Assembly: GCA_000830295.1 (NCBI GenBank)
Contig: CP010425.1
Location: forward strand, 32,001-96,000
Source of the DNA: an archaeon GW2011_AR15
GTDB lineage: Archaea > Nanobdellota > Nanobdellia > Woesearchaeales > GW2011-AR15
DNA length: 64,000 nucleotides
Reading direction: 5' to 3'
Shown piece after piece: positions 37,528 through 45,898 of the stretch (position 1 is its first letter; each line of letters begins with the position of its first letter). The position numbers and the translations under genes were made by a program. The notes beneath the pieces are model-generated. The model made no database searches and had not been told where the DNA came from. It was given only the letters and a program-made list of their open reading frames with translations.

Positions 37528-38744
37528 TAATAAAGGGCGGGAATGTTTTTCTTGACAGCAGGTTTGTTAAGAGGGATCTTTTTATTTCAGGGGAAAAGAT
37601 AGTTTCTTCTTCATCCGGTGAAGTTATAGATGCTTCAGGAAAATATGTTGTGCCCGGCCTGGTTGACATGCATGTACATTTCCGAGATTTTGGCGAGGAG
37701 CATAAGGAAGATTGGAGGAGCGGCTCTGAGGCTGCTCTTGCTGGAGGGATTACGACTGTGTTTGACATGCCCAACAATAAGGTTCCGATAACTTCTAAAA
37801 AGCTTTTAGATCAAAAGAGAGACAAAGTTTCTTCCAAAGCCCTTGTTGATTTTGAGCTATATATTTCTGTGAACAATTCCAATGTTGATGAGATTAATGA
37901 GAACAAAATTAAATTTGTCAAGCTGTATTACGGCCATACAACAGGGGATAATAAGGTTGATGATGCCGGGGATATCTTCAAGAGAATCTCAAAGGATATT
38001 GTGATAGTTGTCCATGCCGAGGATAACAGGGTGATGGAGGAGAACAGGAAGAAGTTTGATGTTTCAGAGAAGAGATATCATTCTCTGGTCAGGGATAATA
38101 AAGCAGAATACACTGCTGTAAAGGATTTGATTGGGTTTGCTGAGAGGTATGGCAATAAACTGCATATTACCCATGTGAGCTGCAAGGAATCTGCTGAAAT
38201 GATAAAAAATGCTAAGAAGAGAGGAGTTAAGGTTACCTGTGATACCTGTCCGCACTATCTTTTTTTAGATGATTCGCTTTATGATAAGATAGGGAACAGG
38301 GCAAAGGTAAACCCTGCCCTGAAGTCTGGAGAAGACAGAGAAGCATTGTGGAAATATCTGAATGACGGAACAATAGATTGTGTGTGTAGTGATCATGCGC
38401 CACATACATTGGAGGAGAAAAACAGGGATTATGAGAATTGCCCTTCCGGCTTTCCCGGAGTCGAGACAACACTGCCTTTAATGCTCACTGCTGTAAATGA
38501 GGGAAAGATAAAGCTTGAAGATTTTATTCCAAAGATGACAACAGCGCCTGCAAAGATATTCGGCCTGGAGAGAAAAGGACAGCTTAAAGAAGGTTTTGAT
38601 GCTGACGTTGTTATTATTGATTTGAACAAGGAAGGAGCTATCTCCGGCAACAAATTGCAGACAAAGGTTAAGTGGAGTCCGTTTGAGGGGATGAAAACAC
38701 AGGGGAGTAGCGTTAGAGTAATTATTACTGACAAAGTATATTAG
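37524..38744 (+). CDS. pyrC: Dihydroorotase
   Basis: DMHVHFRD, DMPN, HAED, SDHAPH; pyr context. Confidence 0.93.
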   Translation: MIIKGGNVFLDSRFVKRDLFISGEKIVSSSSGEVIDASGKYVVPGLVDMHVHFRDFGEEHKEDWRSGSEAALAGGITTVFDMPNNKVPITSKKLLDQKRDKVSSKALVDFELYISVNNSNVDEINENKIKFVKLYYGHTTGDNKVDDAGDIFKRISKDIVIVVHAEDNRVMEENRKKFDVSEKRYHSLVRDNKAEYTAVKDLIGFAERYGNKLHITHVSCKESAEMIKNAKKRGVKVTCDTCPHYLFLDDSLYDKIGNRAKVNPALKSGEDREALWKYLNDGTIDCVCSDHAPHTLEEKNRDYENCPSGFPGVETTLPLMLTAVNEGKIKLEDFIPKMTTAPAKIFGLERKGQLKEGFDADVVIIDLNKEGAISGNKLQTKVKWSPFEGMKTQGSSVRVIITDKVY

Positions 38745-38754
38745 AGCAAAACGG

Positions 38755-39309
38755 CTACGCAGTAATCCTGCTGTTTCTCAGAGCATTCTGGTACCAAGCT
38801 AGATTCGCACTAATGAGCTGGCTGTTTTGTTCCGATGGTAGCTTTAATACATCAACGCCATATTTCCCCAAAACATAAAACGCCCCTATATCAGCAACCA
38901 GTTCTTTTTCATCGTGAGAGCATTTTTCAAAATGCTCATATCCACTAAGTTCTATATCAAGTCCTTTCTGCTCTAGTTTTTCCTGGAGCAGATAGATTTG
39001 CCCTATCGCGTGCAGGACATGAGCCTGCTCATGCCCAAGCCTGTATAGGTTAGTTATGTTGCTGGCAGAATACTGGTAGAAAGCAATCCATATTGTATTA
39101 TTGTCTAAAGTTAAAGACATAACTCTTGCCCCTGGTTTTTCATGCCTGTATTTTTCCAGCTCTTTCTCTATCCCTTCTTCAGAGCCCATCCACATTTTGT
39201 ACACTTGTTTTGTAAACTCTGTGACATCAGGGACAAAGCCAAGATCCAGATAAGCATGGTTCTCTCTCTGCACTGTTATTCCTAAAGCTGTCAGTTGAAT
39301 ATCAGTCAT
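38755..39309 (-). CDS. Hypothetical protein with HExxH motif
   Basis: GHEQAH followed by downstream E..AD. Confidence 0.6.
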   Translation of the reverse strand: MTDIQLTALGITVQRENHAYLDLGFVPDVTEFTKQVYKMWMGSEEGIEKELEKYRHEKPGARVMSLTLDNNTIWIAFYQYSASNITNLYRLGHEQAHVLHAIGQIYLLQEKLEQKGLDIELSGYEHFEKCSHDEKELVADIGAFYVLGKYGVDVLKLPSEQNSQLISANLAWYQNALRNSRITA

Positions 39310-39356
39310 AACCAGGCAAAAACAACTGCAATTTATAAATATTATTGTTTTAGTTA

Positions 39357-40427
39357 CTACTCAGTACTAACATCTATCCCGACAGCCTCTCTGACATTCC
39401 TGAAGCCGTCCCTCTTCAGAAATCCCACAATCCCTCTGTTTATGTTTTTAGCCATCATAGGCCCTTCATAAATAAACCCGGTATAGACCTGGACCAAAGA
39501 AGCGCCTGCCTTAATCTTCTCATAAGCATCCTCTGCTGTGAACACTCCGCCTACTCCGATAATAGGCAGCTTCCCTTTTGTCTTCTTATAGATATGCCTG
39601 ATAAACTCTGTTGCTGTCCTTGTCAATGGCCTGCCGCTCAACCCTCCGGCCTCATTTATTTTAGTCCTCAGCCCTTTCCTCGAAACTGTGCCGTTGACAG
39701 CTATCACGCCTGATATTTTTGTCTGCATGCACACATCAACAAATTCATCCAGCTCTTCCCACGTCAGGTCAGGCGAGACCTTGACGAACAGGGGCTTATT
39801 CTTCCTGTTGGCCTTCTGCAGTGTTTTTATTATTTTCAATAAACTGCTCTTGTCCTGCAGCTTCCTCAGCCCCTGTGTATTAGGGGAGGAAACATTTATT
39901 GTCATGAAATCAGCAAAATCATAGAGCTTCTCATAGGTATAGAGATAATCCAAATAAGCCTCTTCAAGGGAGGTGTCTTTTGATTTCCCGATATTGAGCC
40001 CGACTATGAGCCTCTTATGTTTCACAGCTCTTAATTTCCCGGCTGCCCTGTCCGCGCCCATGTTGTTGAAGCCCATCCTGTTTATCAGGGCAAGGTCCTT
40101 CGGTAGCCTGAATATCCTCGGCTTCTCATTTCCCGGCTGCTCATTCCTTGTTATTGCGCCTACCTCAATGTGGCCGAAGCCAAGGGAGGGCATAATCTCT
40201 ATCAGCCTGCATTCCTTGTCAAAGCCTGCAGCTATGCCCATGGGATTGTCAAACTTCATGCCTGCGACCTCTGTCCTCAGCATCGGATGGGAGTAGCCAT
40301 AGAGTGATTTCAGCAGGCGTCTGGTCAGGGCAAATTTCCCGAAAAAAGAGAGTGAAGACGAGACAAAACCATGGATTTTTTCAGGGTCGGCTTTGAAAAG
40401 AATCGGCCTTATAATAGCTTTATACAT
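39357..40427 (-). CDS. pyrD: Dihydroorotate dehydrogenase, class 2 (quinone-type)
   Basis: DPE..H, AAGFDK, QPGN.KPR.FR, NVSSPNT, GGLSG. Confidence 0.96.
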   Translation of the reverse strand: MYKAIIRPILFKADPEKIHGFVSSSLSFFGKFALTRRLLKSLYGYSHPMLRTEVAGMKFDNPMGIAAGFDKECRLIEIMPSLGFGHIEVGAITRNEQPGNEKPRIFRLPKDLALINRMGFNNMGADRAAGKLRAVKHKRLIVGLNIGKSKDTSLEEAYLDYLYTYEKLYDFADFMTINVSSPNTQGLRKLQDKSSLLKIIKTLQKANRKNKPLFVKVSPDLTWEELDEFVDVCMQTKISGVIAVNGTVSRKGLRTKINEAGGLSGRPLTRTATEFIRHIYKKTKGKLPIIGVGGVFTAEDAYEKIKAGASLVQVYTGFIYEGPMMAKNINRGIVGFLKRDGFRNVREAVGIDVSTE

Positions 40428-40512
40428 GCTAAAATGATAATAAGCCCAAGGTAGTATATATAATTGATTGTTGGATAAAAAATATAAACTAAGGATTTTT
40501 ACCTTATCCCAA

Positions 40513-41154
40513 ATGAAAGAGAGAGTCGCTGAGATACTTCTTAAGATAAAAGCTGTCGAGATATGCCCAAACAGCCCTTTCACGTACACATCAGGCATGA
40601 TAAGCCCGATCTACATAGACAACAGGAAGATAATCTCCTATCCTGAAGAGAGAAGAAAGATACTTGAAGACCTGTGCGTCCTGATAGGCTCCCTCAATAT
40701 AAAATTTGATGTGATTGCAGGAGTGGCGACAGCAGGCATACACTGGGCAGCATGGCTCTCAGAAAAATACAACAAGCCCATGGTATACATAAGGGACAGC
40801 GCAAAGGGCCATGGAAAGCAGAACCAGATCGAAGGCTATCTGGAAAAAGGAAAGAAAGTCCTTGTCATAGAGGACCACATAAGCACAGGCGGAAGCTCAA
40901 TAGCTGCTGTGAAGGCTGTAAGGGAGTTTGGCTGCGAAGTGACTGACTGCATTGCAATAACAACATATGAATTCAGGGAAGCAAAGGAAAAATTTGATGA
41001 GGAAAAATGCGGCCTGCATACGCTGACTGATTTCACGACCCTGATAAAGACAGCTGCTGAAAAGGGATATATCAGCAGTGAAGACGAGAAAAAAGTGCTG
41101 GAATGGAATAAATCCCCCCAGAAATGGGGAAAAAAGCACGGCTTTGAAAAATGA
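40513..41154 (+). CDS. pyrE: Orotate phosphoribosyltransferase
   Basis: SG..SPIY.DNR, K.HG, VIEDHISTGGS. Confidence 0.96.
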   Translation: MKERVAEILLKIKAVEICPNSPFTYTSGMISPIYIDNRKIISYPEERRKILEDLCVLIGSLNIKFDVIAGVATAGIHWAAWLSEKYNKPMVYIRDSAKGHGKQNQIEGYLEKGKKVLVIEDHISTGGSSIAAVKAVREFGCEVTDCIAITTYEFREAKEKFDEEKCGLHTLTDFTTLIKTAAEKGYISSEDEKKVLEWNKSPQKWGKKHGFEK

Positions 41155-41969
41155 GCTATCTTGACATCCTGAAAGAGAAAGCAGAAGAAGCAAACAGCAT
41201 CCTCTGCTTCGGCATTGACCCTGTGCTTGAGAAGATGCCTGAGAAAGATATTGTAAACTTCTATTCAGACATATTTAACGCTATGGAAGGCGAGGATGTT
41301 TCTGTCCCATCAGTAAAGCCGAACATTGCATTCTTTGAACAGTACGGACTGGAGGGATTATCCTCATTAAAGAAATTGCTTGAAGACATAAAAAAAAGAG
41401 ACATCAGCATCATACTTGACGCAAAGAGGGGAGACATAGGGACAACAGCAAAGGCCTATGCAAAATCTGTTTTTGAATACTGGCAGGCAGATGCAGTAAC
41501 CCTTCACCCCTATCTCGGCCATGATTCAATATCTCCCTTCCTTGAATACAAAAACAAGGGCGCATATGTGCTCAACAGGACTTCCAACAAAAGTGCTGTT
41601 GAGGTGCAGGATCTGAAATCAGACGGCAAGCCTGTCTATGAAAAAGTCTCTGAATTAATACTGAAATGGCATTCTCCCGGGCTTGGCTCTGTAATAGGCG
41701 CAACATATCCTAAAGAGCTTGAGCATCTCTCAAATTTATTTGTAAAATCAGGAAAACAGGTGCCATTATTGATCCCCGGAGTCGGAAGCCAGGGAGGAAG
41801 CGCTGAGGAGGTTGTTTCCATTCTGAAAAAGACAAACAATCCTCTTTGGCTGCACAGGGTCAACAGCTCTTCGGGCATAAGCTATGCCTATCTGGAAAAA
41901 GACACTGGTGATTATGCAGGCGCGGCTGTTAAAGAGATGAAAAGGCTGAATAAAATTCTGAAATTATAG
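41151..41969 (+). CDS. pyrF: Orotidine-5'-phosphate decarboxylase
   Basis: GIDP, KPN.AFFE, DAKRGDIG.T, PGVG.QGG. Confidence 0.96.
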   Translation: MSYLDILKEKAEEANSILCFGIDPVLEKMPEKDIVNFYSDIFNAMEGEDVSVPSVKPNIAFFEQYGLEGLSSLKKLLEDIKKRDISIILDAKRGDIGTTAKAYAKSVFEYWQADAVTLHPYLGHDSISPFLEYKNKGAYVLNRTSNKSAVEVQDLKSDGKPVYEKVSELILKWHSPGLGSVIGATYPKELEHLSNLFVKSGKQVPLLIPGVGSQGGSAEEVVSILKKTNNPLWLHRVNSSSGISYAYLEKDTGDYAGAAVKEMKRLNKILKL

Positions 41970-42004
41970 AAAGGCTTAAATAATACTACCTTTCAATAGT
42001 AACA

Positions 42005-43021
42005 ATGCGAAAAGCCAGCATGAAAATTTATTATGATCCTCACCAATTCTCTGATGTTAAGGCACTCATGAATCTGTACTGGTATACGGCCGGTAAAAGC
42101 AGCAAGGCGATATTATTCAAAGATTCCCCTGTAGTAAATGACCATAACAGCGTATCTGAAGAAAAACTTCCTATAGCAGAGACTTGGAGAGGCAATACGC
42201 TTTGTATCAGCACTTACGCAGATTTTTCTAATTCATTGAACTCGGGCGGTTTAACCCTTCAGATAGATGCAAAACTTCTCCATAACTGCGGCTCTGTTTC
42301 TTCATTGGAGGATAAAATAAAGGCAAGAAAAAAACTGGACATTCCAGATGATATGCCTATTGTAGTGATAGGGTTTGTGAAAGGATCAAACATTGGCTTG
42401 CTTAACCATCTGCTGAAAAAGATTTCAGAGCTAAGCAGGATATATCTCTTTCCCAGCTGGGGGACACTGGGCACTCTGCCGCATAACCCAAACTTGATGA
42501 AGCATCCGAATATAGAAATAATAGATACATATGGTGAGCTTGAGAATTATTTTAAGTGTGCTGATATCGCCCTTTATGCTGACACAATTTCACCAAGGGA
42601 GGGGATAATGCACAATTATATTGAGGCAACAGCAGGCGGATTGCTTTACTGCGTTGAGCCAAGCAGGTCAAGAAGCCAGTATGGATTCAAGGAACTGCTC
42701 AAGGGAGGCTCAATAGTTTCATGCCAAAGTCTAGATGAGGTGAGCAACAGGATTGCAGTGCATCTTGGGTGCGGGACTCTGGAAAAAGATATCGAAGCCT
42801 CACAGATACCGAGAGATCGGCACATAAAAAAAACTATTGACACCTATCTCCCTGTATTAGCAAAATGGATAAACTTTATATCAGATGCAGGAAACCATGC
42901 TGAAATAGAAGGGTTTCCTGCTGCAGACCTTAAAGTGTACTGGAGAAAAGACCCTCTTGTTGTCAGGCTTCTGCATCCTGTCAGCAGATATAAAGGAGTG
43001 TCAGACAGTATAGTGCCTTAA
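42005..43021 (+). CDS. GT-B glycosyltransferase-like protein resembling the WaaA/KdtA C-terminal domain
   Basis: IIDTYGELENYFKCADIA...HNYIEA resembles WaaA DTMGEL..LY..AD.AFV...GHN.LE. Confidence 0.5.
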   Translation: MRKASMKIYYDPHQFSDVKALMNLYWYTAGKSSKAILFKDSPVVNDHNSVSEEKLPIAETWRGNTLCISTYADFSNSLNSGGLTLQIDAKLLHNCGSVSSLEDKIKARKKLDIPDDMPIVVIGFVKGSNIGLLNHLLKKISELSRIYLFPSWGTLGTLPHNPNLMKHPNIEIIDTYGELENYFKCADIALYADTISPREGIMHNYIEATAGGLLYCVEPSRSRSQYGFKELLKGGSIVSCQSLDEVSNRIAVHLGCGTLEKDIEASQIPRDRHIKKTIDTYLPVLAKWINFISDAGNHAEIEGFPAADLKVYWRKDPLVVRLLHPVSRYKGVSDSIVP

Positions 43022-43029
43022 TTCTGTTA

Positions 43030-43146
43030 TCAAGCACACAATTAAAAAAAATGGGCCTGACTTGATTCCCACCAATCCTTTTCAGCATTGATGGGGAAAG
43101 TGTGTTTCCCTTCGGTCAAGCACACAATTAAAAAAAGTGGGCCTGA
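43030..43146. repeat. 31-bp direct repeat (43030-60 and 43116-46, 1 mismatch) covering the tRNA-Ile 3' end and T-tract, flanking a 55-bp hairpin insert
   Basis: TCAAGCACACAATTAAAAAAA(A/G)TGGGCCTGA occurs twice. Confidence 0.92.
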
Positions 43147-43241
43147 GCGGATTTGAACCGCCGACCAATGGCTTTCTTAGATAACATGTACCAATGGCGG
43201 TCATATAAGACCATCGCTCCACCAGGCTAAGCTACAGGCCC
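43138..43241 (-). tRNA. tRNA-Ile(UAU) with 30-nt intron at 37/38
   Basis: GGGCCTG/CAGGCCC-A acceptor; ATGGT-CT-TAT-A[intron]A-GCCAT; GGCGG-TTCAAAT-CCGCT; BHB helix CTTA/TAAG. Confidence 0.9.
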
Positions 43242-43291
43242 GTAAAAAGACCCTGGTGTGATGCCATGGAAACTTAATCGATTTTTATAGT

Positions 43292-43594
43292 TTACTCATT
43301 CCCGACGACTTCATTGTGCTGGGTTTCGAGTTTCTTCACGAAGAAGTTGAGGCAGTCTAGCCCGCAGAAAGTTGCTTTTTTCCTGAAATCCTCAGGGCCG
43401 AAAAATAATGCGTATCTGGGCTCGCCTTCATGGACTGTGCCGCAGGTGGCGCATATGTTGGAAGGGAATTTTTTCTCAAACCCCTCCAGCCTGGCCTTCA
43501 GCAGCCTGGCTATGTTGCCCTCATACAGGTCCTTCTCTATTGCTTTTAAGTCCTTATAATTCATAGAACTAATCATGTTTGAGAGCCGGTTCAT
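43292..43594 (-). CDS. Small protein with TRASH/zinc-ribbon-like Cys motif
   Basis: CATC...FCGLDC. Confidence 0.7.
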   Translation of the reverse strand: MNRLSNMISSMNYKDLKAIEKDLYEGNIARLLKARLEGFEKKFPSNICATCGTVHEGEPRYALFFGPEDFRKKATFCGLDCLNFFVKKLETQHNEVVGNE

Positions 43595-43646
43595 ATGTAA
43601 ATCCTATATAGGAGTGCTGTTTATATTCTTTTTCCTTTTCCAATTA

Positions 43647-43714
43647 TGAAAATTCACTGAAATCTCTTTTTGTAGTGAATTTTCAACTTGAAAATCAGCT
43701 AAAGTGATTTTCAA
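43647..43714. promoter_or_regulatory. Two tandem perfect inverted repeats sharing a TGAAAAT/ATTTTCA core
   Basis: TGAAAATTCACT(43647-58)/AGTGAATTTTCA(43674-85); TTGAAAATCA(43688-97)/TGATTTTCAA(43705-14). Confidence 0.55.
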
Positions 43715-43757
43715 TTAAGAAAACTATAAAAAACAACATGAATTACTTGGATAATAT

Positions 43758-43884
43758 GCCGCGGTCGCATAGCCCGGCCATTGCGATGGATTGCTAGGAG
43801 CTTTTGTTCCTCAGAAACCTACACTGGCCCACAAATATCCATTGTCCTTTTTGGGACACGTGAGTTCAAATCTCACCCGCGGCG
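43758..43884 (+). tRNA. tRNA-Ser(GCU) with 40-nt intron (43797-43836)
   Basis: GCCGCGG/CCGCGGC-G acceptor; ATGGA-TT-GCT-A[intron]A-TCCAT; long variable arm; GTGAG-TTCAAAT-CTCAC. Confidence 0.9.
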
Positions 43885-43989
43885 TCTTTTTTTCAAGTGT
43901 GGCTAAGTGAAACGCATGCCGCACCTGTTTTCCATCAATGCTTTTTCTAAAAGGATTGGTAAGAATCACACTTCGCGGCGCTTTTTTCA
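43869..43989. repeat. Degenerate ~26-bp duplication of the tRNA-Ser 3' end and T-tract, flanking a twin-hairpin insert
   Basis: AATCTCACCCGCGGCGTCTTTTTTTCA (43869-95) vs AATCACACTTCGCGGCGCTTTTTTCA (43964-89); insert shares CCATCAATGCT..AAAAGGATTGGT..GAATCA with the tRNA-Ile insert. Confidence 0.8.
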
Positions 43990-44025
43990 TCAGTTTTATA
44001 AACCAGCACTGATTTTCTATATGCC

Positions 44026-44784
44026 ATGAAAAGCAAAATATTCCTTCTCTTCATAGGCACATTGTTCTTAATAGCTGCATGCACAAAAACACAGAATATT
44101 ACCTCATTTGAGGAATGCGCAGCAGCAGGCTATCCTGTAATGGAAAGCTATCCGAGGCAGTGCAGGGCAAACGGAGAATTATTTGTTGAAGAAATGGTTG
44201 AACTTGCATGGACAGGATTTATTCAATGCCCTGATGAAAAGCCTGAAGTATGTACAGCAGATTATAGACCAGTATGCGCGCTAAAAGACAACGGTCTCAG
44301 ATGTATCAAAGCACCATGCCAGAGCTTTGATGCTGTAACAATGGGCAATGACTGTACAGCCTGCGGAGATGCAGAGGTATTTGGGTATTATCCTGGTGAG
44401 TGTGAATACAGAAGGTTTGTAATATGTGAAGAAACAGAAAAAGGATTTAATATAACAAAAATGGCAGAAGAATATGGGTGGGATTGTGTGGACATCTGCC
44501 CCGGCAACTATGATGAGTATTATACGCAGATAGGGTCAACGGCATGCATAATCCATTACGGAGAGGAAGAGATAAGTGAGTGGGAAACCTGCGATAGGTC
44601 TTCTGATTCTTGCAACTGCGTCAAGGCATATGAGACAACAGATGGTCACAAGAGTGCAGAAGAAGTGCAGGTTGAAAACGCAAAATTCAGGTGCGTGCCT
44701 GAGGAGTATGCTGAAAGGCTGCTGTTCAGGGGCGGGCAGGAAAGATTAGATGAGAACGGCGAATCCTCCACTATAATTGCCTAA
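44026..44784 (+). CDS. Cys-rich lipoprotein (Kazal-like segment)
   Basis: Lipobox IAAC; SFEEC..AGYPVMESYPRQC; CTADYRPVC. Confidence 0.7.
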   Translation: MKSKIFLLFIGTLFLIAACTKTQNITSFEECAAAGYPVMESYPRQCRANGELFVEEMVELAWTGFIQCPDEKPEVCTADYRPVCALKDNGLRCIKAPCQSFDAVTMGNDCTACGDAEVFGYYPGECEYRRFVICEETEKGFNITKMAEEYGWDCVDICPGNYDEYYTQIGSTACIIHYGEEEISEWETCDRSSDSCNCVKAYETTDGHKSAEEVQVENAKFRCVPEEYAERLLFRGGQERLDENGESSTIIA

Positions 44785-44835
44785 GTATTCTGCTTTGATA
44801 AAGTATTTATACTCCTTCTGTTCAATAATACTAAA

Positions 44836-45573
44836 ATGCTGAACAAAGTTGCTGTTGTGACCGGGGCTGTAAAGGGAATCGGCCTGGGCATAGCAGAAGA
44901 ATTTGCAAGGCAGGGTTCTTATGTTGTCATAGCTGACCTTGAAAAAGAGGAGTGCGATAAGACAGCAAAGGAGATTGAGGCAAAATTCAAAGTAATGGCC
45001 CTCGGGATAAAATGCGACATGGCCAGCCAGAAGGATGTGAAAAACCTTGTCAGCCAGACAGTAAAGAAATTCGGGAAGCTGGATATTTTCGTCAATAATG
45101 CAGGCATCTATCCTTTCAAGCCTATTCTTGAAATAACTGAGCAGGATTGGGACAAAGTCCTGGATATCAACCTTAAGGGCTCATTCTTCAGCATATCAGA
45201 GGCTGCAAAAGCCATGCAGCCAGGAGGAAAGATTGTCATAATCTCCTCAATCGCATCACTGGTCGGCTTCAGCGGGCTGAGCCATTACTGCGCTTCAAAA
45301 GGCGGAGTAAACGGGTTAGTGAGGGCTGCTGCCCTGGAGCTTGCAGCGAAAAAAATAAATGTAAATGCTGTTGCACCCGGAGCAATAGAGACACCAGGGG
45401 CAACAGGAGCAATGGATGAGAAAGCAAGACAGCAGACTATGGCTGCAATCCCATGGAAAAGATGGGGCCAGCCGGAAGATATTGCCCACGCTGCAGTATT
45501 CCTGTGCTCAGAAAAAGCAGACTACATCACCGGCCAGGTAATTGTTGTGGACGGCGGCTGGACTTTACAGTAG
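44836..45573 (+). CDS. Short-chain dehydrogenase/reductase
   Basis: TGAVKGIG, NNAG, YCASK, VDGG. Confidence 0.95.
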   Translation: MLNKVAVVTGAVKGIGLGIAEEFARQGSYVVIADLEKEECDKTAKEIEAKFKVMALGIKCDMASQKDVKNLVSQTVKKFGKLDIFVNNAGIYPFKPILEITEQDWDKVLDINLKGSFFSISEAAKAMQPGGKIVIISSIASLVGFSGLSHYCASKGGVNGLVRAAALELAAKKINVNAVAPGAIETPGATGAMDEKARQQTMAAIPWKRWGQPEDIAHAAVFLCSEKADYITGQVIVVDGGWTLQ

Positions 45574-45639
45574 GTTTCTATAAAACAAAATCAATAAAAA
45601 AAAATTATATTGAGAATTCTTTTAATCAAGAACCTGTGT

Positions 45640-45831
45640 TTACGCTTTTGACACGTTGACAGCTTTAGGGCCTTTGTCGCCCGTGGCTACGTCAAAAGTT
45701 ACTTTGTCATTCTCACGAATTGAAACGCCGTCATTTAATCCGGTCTGGTGGACAAAATACTCTGTTCCATCATCGCCGGCTATGAAGCCGAATCTCTTCA
45801 TGTTGTTAAAGAACTTAACAACTCCTTCCAT
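45640..45831 (-). CDS. Cold-shock protein
   Basis: GVVKFFN..K.FGFI, YFVH, KGPKA.NV. Confidence 0.95.
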   Translation of the reverse strand: MEGVVKFFNNMKRFGFIAGDDGTEYFVHQTGLNDGVSIRENDKVTFDVATGDKGPKAVNVSKA

Positions 45832-45898
45832 TATTCTCCCTCCTGGTGTGTTTTAATAAGTCTAATAAGTGTGCAATATTGAACTTGTTTATAAAGCT

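Noticed and set aside
43030-43989. tRNA 3' duplications read as attL/attR of a provirus or island
   Set aside because: The enclosed DNA is only about 55-70 bp and no integrase is present. Reported instead as small hairpin elements; a remnant of an excised island cannot be fully excluded.
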